From the NCBI GenBank assembly GCA_000708835.1, contig DF237673.1, positions 1-40,636 on the forward strand: a stretch of 40,636 nt of DNA, in the 5' to 3' direction. Source of the DNA: Klebsormidium nitens (taxonomy: Eukaryota; Plantae; Klebsormidiophyceae). A program made the position numbers and the translations under genes. Below the pieces are notes generated by a model, which saw nothing but the letters and a program-made list of their open reading frames with translations, searched no databases and had not been told where the DNA came from. Shown one piece after another: positions 1 to 11,600 of the stretch (its first letter is position 1; the number at the start of each line of letters is the position of its first letter).

Positions 1-886
1 GTGACTGAAATGCCGGCTGAAATGCGTGCCACACCAAAGACCAGAAGGCTGCAATAGCTCTTCAAACGAAGAGATCGAGAGATCTTAGAGCTTGGCATTT
101 GATTAAAATTGTGCCTGGATACCTGGAGGTGACCTGGAGCGGATACTACCTACCTGTAAGAACTTAGAAGGATGACCATTGACGAAGATGTTGTCATAAA
201 CTGTCACGTTTCGACACCCAGAGCACGCAGCACTGCCACAGTCTACAGACTGCAATTGTACAATGTACGATTATGTACCCGTATGTACGGCATCCTGGCA
301 AACAATACCCGGAAATTTGGGGTGCCCACTGCACTGCCCACTGCCCAGTGCCGAGTCCTGCCGACCGGCGACCATGTCCGACTTCCACGTGGCGGAAGGG
401 CGCTTGAGGACTCCAATGCCGGCAGGTCTACTAAATGCGCGTGCCAGAGTTGGGACTCGGCGATGCGTTTGGATACCTTCGGGAATTGGGTTCTATTTTT
501 CAGGGCTAAGTTAACCCTATCCTTTACCACCGGTATATTCACTTAACTGATATATTTCTTGTAAAAGCCTATGCGGTACGGTGGTCCCGGGGATCGTCCT
601 CCGGGACAAAGTAGGACGGTATTCCACCTCAACGGTCGTCAGTTTCCTACTCCCGGATTGACGGGAGCCGGGCCGCAATTGCATCGGCTGTGTGATTTAA
701 ATTGTATGATTTGTGAAGATTACATATGTATATGTGAAACCGCGCATTTTGACGAAGGTGGTCAAAGACTCAAAGATCGAACAAGAAACTGTGTGTCAGA
801 GACTCGAAGTACGGTACCATATCCGTACTGATTCGGTAGAATTATTCCAGATTCCGCACTGAGCGGCCAGTGAAGTACTGACCATA

Positions 887-1051
887 CCAGGGGTTCTAGC
901 AGGAATTTGCCCGGAGGCCCTTGGGCGCCCCGGGGCTCCACCCCGGGGTGCCAAGCCGCGACCCTCGGGCGCGGCCGGCCGCCCCTACCCAGTCCAGACA
1001 GGGCTCGGCCCTCCGGGCCGGGGCGCTCTGGCGCCCCGCTAGAACCCCTGG
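887..1051. mobile_element. Short non-autonomous TIR element (MITE-like, hAT-style ends)
   Basis: Perfect 14-bp terminal inverted repeats CCAGGGGTTCTAGC (887-900) and GCTAGAACCCCTGG (1038-1051) around a very GC-rich core. ACCATAC occurs on both sides (881-887, 1055-1061) as an imperfect target duplication. Confidence 0.7.
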
Positions 1052-2620
1052 GTCACCATACGTGAGGATTCAGGAATGTGGACGCCCGAGTCCCGACTCC
1101 CGAGGGTCGAGACCGTACATGCATAGGACGACTGGTCAACGCTTGCAATCTTGACTCTGCACAGTGCACTGGACTGCATGTGATCCCGGCCATATGATAG
1201 GTAGACCAGAAATGGCCGCTTTGAACCCACGCTGGCTTCATTGCACCGACAACGCAGATCGGAAGCGCTGGCACGGTAAACCATGTCGTGCAGTGCCAAT
1301 GCAGCTCAAGGTAGCAGCCAGGCTCGCCATTTGGTGTTCCCTTGAATGTCCCGCTGAATGGCCATTGTTACCTATTGTGGGGGCCTATATGACCTGCGCA
1401 GTTGAAGCACGGAAACTTGAAGTCTGCAGTGCTTGGCGCGGGCCTCTGATCTGGAAAGAGCACCTGCAGGACGTTCAGATTGATGTGCGGCGCTCCTAAG
1501 CTTGCACATAAAACATGGTGATTGTATGCAGCTTGAGGGGGCCTCTGCAACAATTGATCAGCAAACTTTTAAAGTAAAGTGCAACAATGCTCTTCGGCGC
1601 TGTAGTCCTGCCAGTTTCAGCTTTTGCATTGAGTACCGCCGACGTTAAGGCAATGTGAACGTTTGAGCTCTGGCAGATGGTATAACACACGCACAGTGCA
1701 ACAGAGGCAGACAGAAAAGTTGTAGGTCTCAGCAGCTTTAGTATCGTTTCAACCGGCATTCTTGGTGGTGGTATAAGCATTAGCTACAATTGAGATTTCA
1801 CAATAGAAGGCTCACCGTTTGCAACTTCAATGTCGACTTGCTAGTCCGCTAAGATTGCCTGCTTCAATCGAGGCAGGAGGCCCACCATTGTGAAAGGGCC
1901 CCACATGCGCACAATGGTGAGCCAATCCACCAATCCAAGCTACCATCTTGGCCTAGTGTCAGTATAATGTGCTTACCGTGTAAAAGGTTCCTGGATCAGG
2001 ATATGACGAACTCAAGAACGGATATACAGGTTTGCAATTGCAAGCAAAAGTAGACCGTCACAGGGTTGTTTGTAAGGCACAGCGCCGGGCCTGTGTTGCT
2101 CAGAGACTGAATGACCAGGCCATCAACAACCCTAGAGCAGACAGACTGAGATGACTGTGCACACAGCCAGTCGACCTGGCTGATATGCACGGTGATGATG
2201 AGCTGCCAATCAATCTGTTAATACTAAAGTGTCACAGGGTCAGCAGCGTCTTGTGGCTGCCTCTAGACGCATTGCAGATGATTAAGCGAAGATGCCGCAG
2301 TTTGTGCAGTATAAAGTCCATGTTTGTGGCTTGAGAGGAGGTATGGTTTTTGGGAAATGACGACATCATCTTAAGGTGGTGGACAATAGCGGATACTTGC
2401 ACGCGGAAGAGCGAGGTTTGCTGTGGCATAGATACTCTTGTTGTCAGGGTTGCTTTGAAGCAAAGAAGGCCGGGTGTTCTGTCATGCTTCCTGCAAACCT
2501 GTTTGTGAAGGAACAGGCAACAGGTGCTACTGTCAATTTAGAGAAGGAGGAGTCGAAGGTTGTCTTGCTTGCAAGGAGCTTAGCAGGTGATCAGTGCACC
2601 ATTTTTTGTGTTGTGGCAAC

Positions 2621-5600
2621 ATGCCTTTAGCTGCTTGCCGGGTATCCACTACATCGGAATTAAAAAGAACTGAGCGTAAGGTGAGGGATCCCTCTCCTGC
2701 TGTATAGTCTCGCCTGACGTGTACCTCTTCCTTTGCAGGGGCAATATCAGCCTGCATCATGCCAGAGATTAGTTTTCAGCGCAGCGCTTGCCACCCTTCT
2801 CATACTGGCCGTAACATGTACTGCGGCATCAGCAGCCCTCGAGTCGAAGGGGGGGCGCACGCACAGACAAATCCTGCAAGTCGCTACTCCCAGTCCCTCA
2901 GCGGCTGCACCACTGAGCACATCTCCTGAGGAAAGTCCCACGCCCCCACCAACCAAGACCCCTTCAGTCACCACCCTCCCTCCCACCCCTGCGACTCCTC
3001 CCCCTACAACAGATGTCCCCGCTACAGACCCTCCCACCCCCCACCAACTAAGACCACCCTCCCTCCCATCCTTGCGACTCCTCCCCCTACAACAAATGTC
3101 CCTGCTTCAGACCCTCCGACGTCCACCCCATCTGTGGCCCCAACAGGGACCCCCTTGAGCACTGCTCCACCTCCGCCACCCCCAGTGTCAGCAACTCTGG
3201 CCCCGCCTATAGGGACACCCCCGGTCACTACTTCCCAAGCCACGCAGCAGGCCACTTTACCACCACCGCCCCCTCCTGTACTGCCTACCTCGCCTCCGCC
3301 AACTTCCTTGCCTCCTACTGAAAGCCCCTCATCATCATTTCCTTCTCCTCTTTCTGGTACTCCCCTTCCCAACATTGTCTTATCCGCAGCAACTTCCCCA
3401 CTTCTATCCCCATCTGAGTCCACCCCAAACACAAGTCCCCCATCCACCCCCCTTCCTTCTGTCGTTCCGGTTTACATTGACCCCCCGTCCCCAAGTCCAG
3501 TGTCTGCCCCAACTGGTAGTAGTGCAGCCCCAACCAGCCCCCCACTTGCTGAGAGTACCATTGCTCCACCAACCAATTCCCCCTCCCCAACTCCAGTCTT
3601 GTCCTACATAGGAACCCCGGACACCCCCGGGCCAGCACCTACTGTTCCACCAACACTTCCCCCCGTTCAATCAGCTCCTCCCACAGGCCTTTCCCCAACC
3701 ACCCCTTACCCACCTCCTTCAGAAGAGATTGCAACTCCAACCCCTTCTCCAACCAGTCCTGCTCCGGACTCGACATTCTCCCCACCATGGGCTGCTCTTT
3801 CCAACGACTTTCCTCCTCCCCCCCTGGGTGTTATTTCCACCACGCCCGCAGCTACTGCAACCGGAGCTGTTCTGCCAGCGCCCCCACCCTTTTCAACCGG
3901 TCCTGCTCCTCTTCTTTCCGAGTCGACACTCTCCCCACCATCCGCTGTCTTTTCTGTCGACTTCCCTCCCCCGCCCTTAGATAATCCTTCCACCGCGCCA
4001 GCCATTGCAGCCCGAACTGTTCTTCCAGCGCCCCCGCCCTCCCCAACCAGCCCTGCCCCTTCTCTTCCTGACACTCCAATCTCCCCACCATCCGATGCTC
4101 TTCCAGTCAACTTTCCTCCACCCCCCCTCGGAACCCTCTCCTCTGGGCCACAAATTGCAACCCAAAGCGTTCTTCTGGCGCCCCCGCCTCCAGCTCGTCC
4201 ACCCGCTTTCCTGGCCACCAACTTAACCTCTGCCGAGCCGCCTCCACCCAGCTTATTCCCTCCGCCAAGCATCGGTATTACGGATGACAACCTGTTTGGC
4301 TGTTCCTGCACTGAGTTCGGTTCTGGTTCGGGTGCCGGCGGGGCAGCTTGCCTGCCTCGGGGAGATGACGCCTTTTCAAGAGAAGCGCCCCTTGTGCTGG
4401 TGAGTTTTCCCGCTCCTTACACTGCACTCCATATGCCGCCTCAGATACAGCTCGACTTGGAATTGAGGGCAAATGCTGCTTATAATATGCAATTCCTGGA
4501 GTAGCTGAGCTGATCAAAATCTTCTCCATCAGATCTAGCTGCTTCATACTAGTGCCTTCAAAGGCCGCGTGTATAAGCTGATTGTCTTGTGAATGGGAGG
4601 GGCACTAAGTAGATCTTGGCGGGCTCGAAAGATGAGAAAAGCTGCAGACTGTTGGATGCACATGCATTTACTACTTCCACTGTAAACAAGCTGCACTTTC
4701 ACATTCAGCGGGTTCTATTTTTGCTAGAAAACACCATCGATTGCCTCTCTCCACACGTCCGTTCAACATCGCACGCTCTACTCTTCCCCGCCCCCATCAT
4801 GATCTAACATGGACATCTCGTTGAGGCTTGCAGCCCATGAAATTCTTCGGCTCGACTGTTTCTTCGCTGTTCGTCAACATCAACGGGGACCTGACGTTGG
4901 ACCAAGAGTACGGCGCATATACTTCACTGCCATTTCCGATACAAGGTGAACCAAAAGCCTTCACTTCACTAGTCTTCGATATTGAAGCACTTATGGCGAG
5001 CATCTTTATCCTCTGATTTCAGGGCTTGGCTGGTTAGCTCCTGTGCTGTGTCGCTTCGCTAGACGGGCCTTTTATCCAACTAACTTAAACTTTTGAATCT
5101 GCTTGCCAGGCGACAGGCTTAGGTGGTAACAGTGCCCTCACTACATTGCCTTGTAATCTAGTGTGCCCAGCTGACAATCTGCCAGACCGAAGCGACCCTT
5201 CGAAGATATAAAGGGGCTTCCTTGGCTGCCAGTTCGGAGCCGGGCCGGGTTAATGAGAACCTGAGCATCAATCTGGAATCCGACCTTCAAATAGGGCCTA
5301 GCGCCGGTTCACATGCTTCTTTTCTGGGGTGACATGGAGCTGGTCCGTTCTAGCCGTGGTTTCGTTTTGGTAAGAAGCTAACGCGCGTCGGTGGTTCAAG
5401 GAGAAAAGAAAGCTTGTGCAAGATATATATTATATAAAATGTCCGTTTTGAGTTGGTGAGAAAGGCAACAGGCTAGGGTGAGTCGATGCAGGGCCCGGCC
5501 CTTGGTCGAACCTTAACCCTCTTTCTTGGCCTACTGATCCGGCGACGCGAGTCAATCTAAACGAAGCGTGGCCGTCTTCAGCACATCTATCGTATTGCAG

Positions 5601-8600
5601 GTCAACCATGTTCCAACGGCCTCTCAGCTTTACCTGGTTCTTGGCTGACTTGTCGAAGCGTCCACTGTGAAGAGGTAGCCAAACACTGACGCCTTGATTT
5701 GCAGTTGGCGGCATCAAGATCTTTGCTGCTTTTTGGGCGGACGTGGACACCAATTCCGATCCGATAGCCGACTCGGATCCGGCCACCAGCTACGTCTGCT
5801 ACCGCAGCACGGCTGACGCCGCTGACGTCAGCAAGTTCCAAGGAGACATTGCAATCGCGTTTCCGTCGGTCACCTTCAATCCCGCCGCGGTTTTCATCGC
5901 CTTTTGGTGAGCAGATGCGAGTCGCGAACTTTCTTCTTTTCAGATCAAGGACGCCTCGCTTTTCAATCTTATCGAGCGGACATCGGGTGTGCGAGAATGA
6001 TCACGTCGGCTGCTTCGTTCTAGGGTTCCAGCATAGTAGCTCCTCAAGTAGAATCTCTGCCAGTTGACGATGCTGACGGAAAAAGCGAACCAGATCAACT
6101 TGACACAGGAGTATATAGTTTCTCTGTGCGGTTATGGCACCAACGGGCACATTCAGAGTGCGGAAAGCAGGGCCACCGTCTGGGTCTTGGTATCATTGCC
6201 GCAGGCGTCTTGTTCGCAGTGCCGACGCCTCGATGAGACCGAAACGTTTCTGCAGCGGAAGCGAACGTACTGAGGAGAACCTGGATGTTTTATGCTGACG
6301 CACGTGAGCGTTCATCCAGGCACAACGTGGGCTACTACCCTGCACAGTACAACAAGCGCAACACGTTTCAGGCGGTGATTGGTTACACCGCCGGCAACAC
6401 GTTCGTGTGTTACTACTACACGGAACTCACCTGGACCACAGGGCAGGCAAGCGGCGGCACCGATGGCCTGGGGGGATACCCCGCGCAGGTCGGCTTTGAT
6501 GCCGGGGATGGGGTCAATTACTTCTCTCAGCCAGGTAGCCAGACGGCTGCCGTCCTCAACTTCGTAAGGGAGAGCAACATGGGCGTGCCTGGTGAGCTGC
6601 TTTTGAACCCAAACTTGGAAGCCTGGCACTACAAAAAGCGAGCCCGTATGGCGTTAAAGAACATCGCGGCTCTCAAAGATGTGCCACCTGCTTACGACAT
6701 GCAGCTTAGCAGGGTTGCACCTGAGGCTAAGTCATATGATGCAGCTCGTCATGAAGCACCGCCACAAAATGAGGGAACATTTCTGTTGCGCTCAAACCAC
6801 CATCCCGCACTTTCTCTTCTTCCTTCCCAATACTTTTTTGTGTCTTCTTTGTCTTTGTCTTCGTTACTCGAGCAAGCCACTACTATACTCATTCTGGATA
6901 TAATCGTCACCTACTCGAGCGGTTTACCCTACCCTTTCAGTCGACGACTCTTTTTTGTGTAATATTCCTACTTTTTCTCGCCTACTTCGTCGACTCGAGC
7001 TTTCATGTTCGACCCTCCTACTTAACTGCTGACGTCACTTTCTTTTACATTTTCACTCGTCGGTTCCTCTCCACGCTACTTCTTCCCCGTTATTATTCTA
7101 CGCGTCACTCTCCTTCTCTTTGACTCCGCGTTCGACGCCATTTCGACTACTTCTCCTTCACTACAATCTCCTGACGTTCCCTCTTTCATTCCCTCCACCC
7201 ATTTCTCCACCCAGACCTTCATACTCCTTCTTTCTTCTTAAAACCGGTTTGAATACCTTCCGCCTGACCGGTCCGCCTTTGGACGCTTGGCAGCACGAAC
7301 AACTCGAACGCAATTGACCTGAATCATCCCTTGGACTCTCAAACGCTTGACCTTTCCGTCCGCGTACACCACTGCCCACATTGGCGACGAAAGTGCATGC
7401 GCGCTCAAAGTTGCTAGTGACACATTTCCGGCCTGACACATTTTTGGCTTCACACTCGTAACCTCCAGTGGTTTCAAAGCCTCTGGAAGGGAAATGTTCC
7501 AAGATTAGCAGCTTGATGGTATTCAACAAGGGCGTTGCCAACACTAGGATTCCGCTGGATACATGTGCCGTTGCCTAGCAACTCGTAGCGTAGCTTATTC
7601 CGCTCCCTCAAGTGGCTAGGGGGGTAAATTGGACACACAATCTATGTACAGCCATGTTTAGCCTCCTAGTCCGGAAAGAGCACGTTTGTGTCTATCAAAT
7701 CTGCACTTTCTCAATCCCTACGATCTTGAGGCCTCAAGTAACTCAAGATTCGATCAGATGGGCTCTGAGGCTGACAGAAAACATGTTGCTTTTCAAAGCA
7801 TCACTTCCTCGGACAGAAACGGACCGTCAGAATCCATTGTATATTAAGTATCCGTTCATCTTTTTGTTGTTCGCCTTTGCGCAGGCAAGTTTTGCTACCA
7901 GGTTGCGGTGGCCATCCAAAACCCGACCGGGGTTTACGCCGGCGGACCGTACTCGGTGCAGAGCGGATCGTCCATCACCCTAACTGGGGAGGCGTCCAAC
8001 GACGGTTCCCTCTGCGGGCCTCTGACGTTTTCCTGGGACACGAATGCCAATCCGCCGGCGTTCAACGTCGACCTGACGGGGCCCTCGCCGACGTTTGTGG
8101 CGAATGTTCCGGCTTCCTTCCGATACGTTGTGCTGCGGGTGACCGACAACTGCGGCGCGACGTCCGTGGACACTTACATCAACGTCACGGGTGAGAGCGG
8201 GCTTGGGTGAACACCATCAGGTCAAACGAAGCCGCCCGTAACAGTCTAAGAAAGCATGTAATCAAATCACCTTGCGTCCTGATGAGTTGCTGTACTCTGG
8301 TCCGAAAGTGTGGGCCCGTTTGGCCACTTCCTAGCTGTCCTCTCGGCTCGAATCCGCCATCCAAATACATTGCTAGAACAGATTCTAATCTTTATTGGCA
8401 ATCTCTGTCAAGGCGAAGAATTCTTCTGTTTCCCCGTGAATGCAAAGCAGGTTTGCCTTTGATCAGTTCAGTGAATCCTAACGTTGAGTCCAGCAAGCAC
8501 CTTTTATCATACCAGTTAATCGGGATGGCACGGCCGCCTTGGACTCGCAAAGAGGCAATTCCACGTATCAAGCGTTCTTCGCGGTGATCCGGAAGTCCGG

Positions 8601-11600
8601 CTTCATCAAAAGATACCGTGAGTTCCAGCAACGTGTCATAGCACTGACAGGTCCTGCATAATCATCAAGCAGAAGACTTTAAACTGTCTTCTGGCCATCG
8701 TCACTTTCCGTTCTTACTCCGTTTATCCAATGATATTGCAGCCGCTCCACTTCCCCCGCCTGCGCCGAGCACCCCTGCGCCCAGCCCTCCGACAGCAGAG
8801 CCCCCGCCACAAGCGACTCTGCCAGGCTTTCCCCCTCCCATGCTGACAGACACGCCAAGGCCTCCCCCATTTGAGCCAGTACCCCCCCCGCCTGTGACGA
8901 CTGCTCCAGTACCCCCCCCGCCTGTGANNNNNNNNNNNNNNNNNNNNNNNNNNNNNNNNNNNNNNNNNNNNNNNNNNNNNNNNNNNNNNNNNNNNNNNNN
9001 NNNNNNNNNNNNNNNNNNNNNNNNNNNNNNNNNNNNNNNNNNNNNNNNNNNNNNNNNNNNNNNNNNNNNNNNNNNNNNNNNNNNNNNNNNNNNNNNNNNN
9101 NNNNNNNNNNNNNNNNNNNNNNNNNNNNNNNNNNNNNNNNNNNNNNNNNNNNNNNNNNNNNNNNNNNNNNNNNNNNNNNNNNNNNNNNNNNNNNNNNNNN
9201 NNNNNNNNNNNNNNNNNNNNNNNNNNNNNNNNNNNNNNNNNNNNNNNNNNNNNNNNNNNNNNNNNNNNNNNNNNNNNNNNNNNNNNNNNNNNNNNNNNNN
9301 NNNNNNNNNNNNNNNNNNNNNNNNNNNNNNNNNNNNNNNNNNNNNNNNNNNNNNNNNNNNNNNNNNNNNNNNNNNNNNNNNNNNNNNNNCCCACTCCCCC
9401 AACTACCACGACGCCAGCACCACCTCCTGCTCAAACAACCAGCGCGCCTCCTCCGCCGCCCCCAACAAGCACGCCGACGCCTTCTCAAAGTACCCCTCCG
9501 CCAAAAACGACCGCCCCATCCCCCCCAGTACCACTAGTGACCGTGCCGACCACACCGTCGCCGCCGCCTTCTAACCCCCCCCACTTCGCCACAAACAACG
9601 ACGCCTGTACCCGCCCCCCCACTTACCACAACACCAACACCATCTCCTCTGCCGGGGCCGCAGACAAGCACGCCAACGCCTTCCCCGACTCAGCCAGTCC
9701 CAACCCCGCCAGAGCCTACTATCCCGTCTCCCCCCTTGCCTCAAGTTACCGGCTCGACCGCGCCCCAACAACCGCCGCCCAGCCTAGTGCCCCCCCTGCC
9801 ACAACCAACTGTCCCAGCTCCTCCGCTGCCGCAGAATGCAACTCCGCAGCCAACAACCCCAGCCACTCCCTCCCAGACCCCACTCCCCCCCCCTTTAAGT
9901 GCCCCGCCAGTGGCCACCCTTCCCTTATCGCCACCCAATATCAACCCGACCCCAACGATCCAATTTCCGACCATTCCTCCATCTCCAAGCCCCCCCGTGG
10001 CCACTCAACCGGGGCTGTTTCCGCCCGCTTCAAACACTCCCTCCCCAGCACCCTCATCCCCGACCGGAAGTCAAGCCCCACCGCCTTTCTCCACTGTTCC
10101 TTTGCCGACAGTCGCGACCCCCCCGGTTCCTCTCCCCGGCCCTTCGTTGTCACCCCCAACAGTAACGCCTACGTCTGGTCCGCCTGCCACCAGCATAACC
10201 CCAATCCCAACGAACACGCCGCTTGCATCTCTCCCTATTCCCAGCCCTAGCGCGTCGCTTGCGGCTCCATCGCCCTCACCTCTAGTTCCCATCGGCAGCC
10301 CTTTCCCGGTGCCGATTAACACCCCCTCGAATACGCCTTCCGGCACTCCTACAGTCATTGCCCCGCCAAACGTCACACTCGCCTCTTCTCTCCCTGTCGG
10401 CTCAAGCCCTCCCACAGCCTCCGATACCCCGGGTCCTTCCTTCCCCCTCTCTAGCCCAGTGCCGACCGGCAGTAACTCGCTGGTTTCGCTGACTGCCTCG
10501 CCGCCTCTTCTGCCCGGGCAGCCGACAACGCCCAGTCCTACCACGGCCGTTCTCCCAGGCTCCACCCTTCCGCTTCCAACCCTTGGTCCATCCCCTGCGG
10601 GAAGCGCCGTCCCCTTTGGAAGTCCCGTAGCAAGTGGCGCGCCGGGAACGGGTTCCATCGATGCCTCAACCGTCGCTCCTAGCCCAGGGTCTACAGCCCA
10701 AGTGCCTGTACTCCCAAGCGACGGGCCAGTCGCAGCCTTTACGACTTCTGTAAGCCCGCCACTGCAAACGGCACCCGTCCTTTTCATCTCCGGCAATACC
10801 GCGTCTCCCTCCGAATCACCCCTTTCCTCCGGCATCCCCGTGGGAACAACAGCTCTCCCGCTTTCCCCAACCTCAAACCCAGTCTTAACCTCAGGCCCGG
10901 TTCCGATCCAAGCCCCGGTCACAACGCAAGCACCGATCACGACGCAAGCCCCGGTCGCGAGCCAAGCCCCGATCACGACACAAGCCCCAGGGACAACCTC
11001 AGGCCCGGTCACGACACGAGCCCCGGGGGCGACATCAGCCCCGGGCTCGACGCAAGCCCCGGTCACGAGTCAAGCCCCGGGGGTGACCTTAGGCCCGGTC
11101 ACGACCTTAGCCCCGATCACGAGCCTAGCCCCGGCAGCCACGTTAAATCCAGGGGTAACCCTATCTCCAACGTCTGCAACCGGCGCTCCGATCACGAGCC
11201 AAACCCCGACATTAAGCCAGGTCCCTGTGGCTACCGTTGACTCAGCCTTGGGAACTGAAGCCCCACTTCCTGCGGGTACGCAAGCGCCGAGTGTAATCCC
11301 CGCACCGGGGACCGCTCAAACCGCCAGCCCAACAACACCCCAGGAGACGATCCCCAGGGTCAGTGCCGTCCCGTCGATTTCACCTCAGCCGGCAAGCACG
11401 TTACCGATCAGCACAAGCCCGGTTCTCTCTGTCGTGGAAGAAACTCCAGTCCCCGAGCCCGTTCTCTCCCCCGTGCCCACCCGGGTTGGCGTCATTACGC
11501 AAGCTCCTCTCCCAACGAGTCCGATTGGCGACCCGACAGTTGTTGTCCCGAGCCAAGTGCCGGCTTCGAGTGTGGTCGCCGGAATCTTTCCGAGCGAGAT

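Noticed and set aside
1080-2620. Short ORFs upstream of the giant gene as TE or helicase remnants
   Set aside because: I could not recognise a conserved motif in any frame.
2747-4311. Long Gly/Val-rich minus-strand ORFs (also 10071-11066 and 11385-11744)
   Set aside because: They are antisense shadows of Pro/Thr codons in the plus-strand stalk exons.
5232-5511. Possible degenerate MITE (GTTCG...GGGCCGGG / CCCGGCCC...CGAAC)
   Set aside because: Only about 13 of 18 positions pair and there is no target-site duplication.
8679-9574. ORFs reading through the N gap
   Set aside because: Artefacts of N translation; the true frame after the gap differs.
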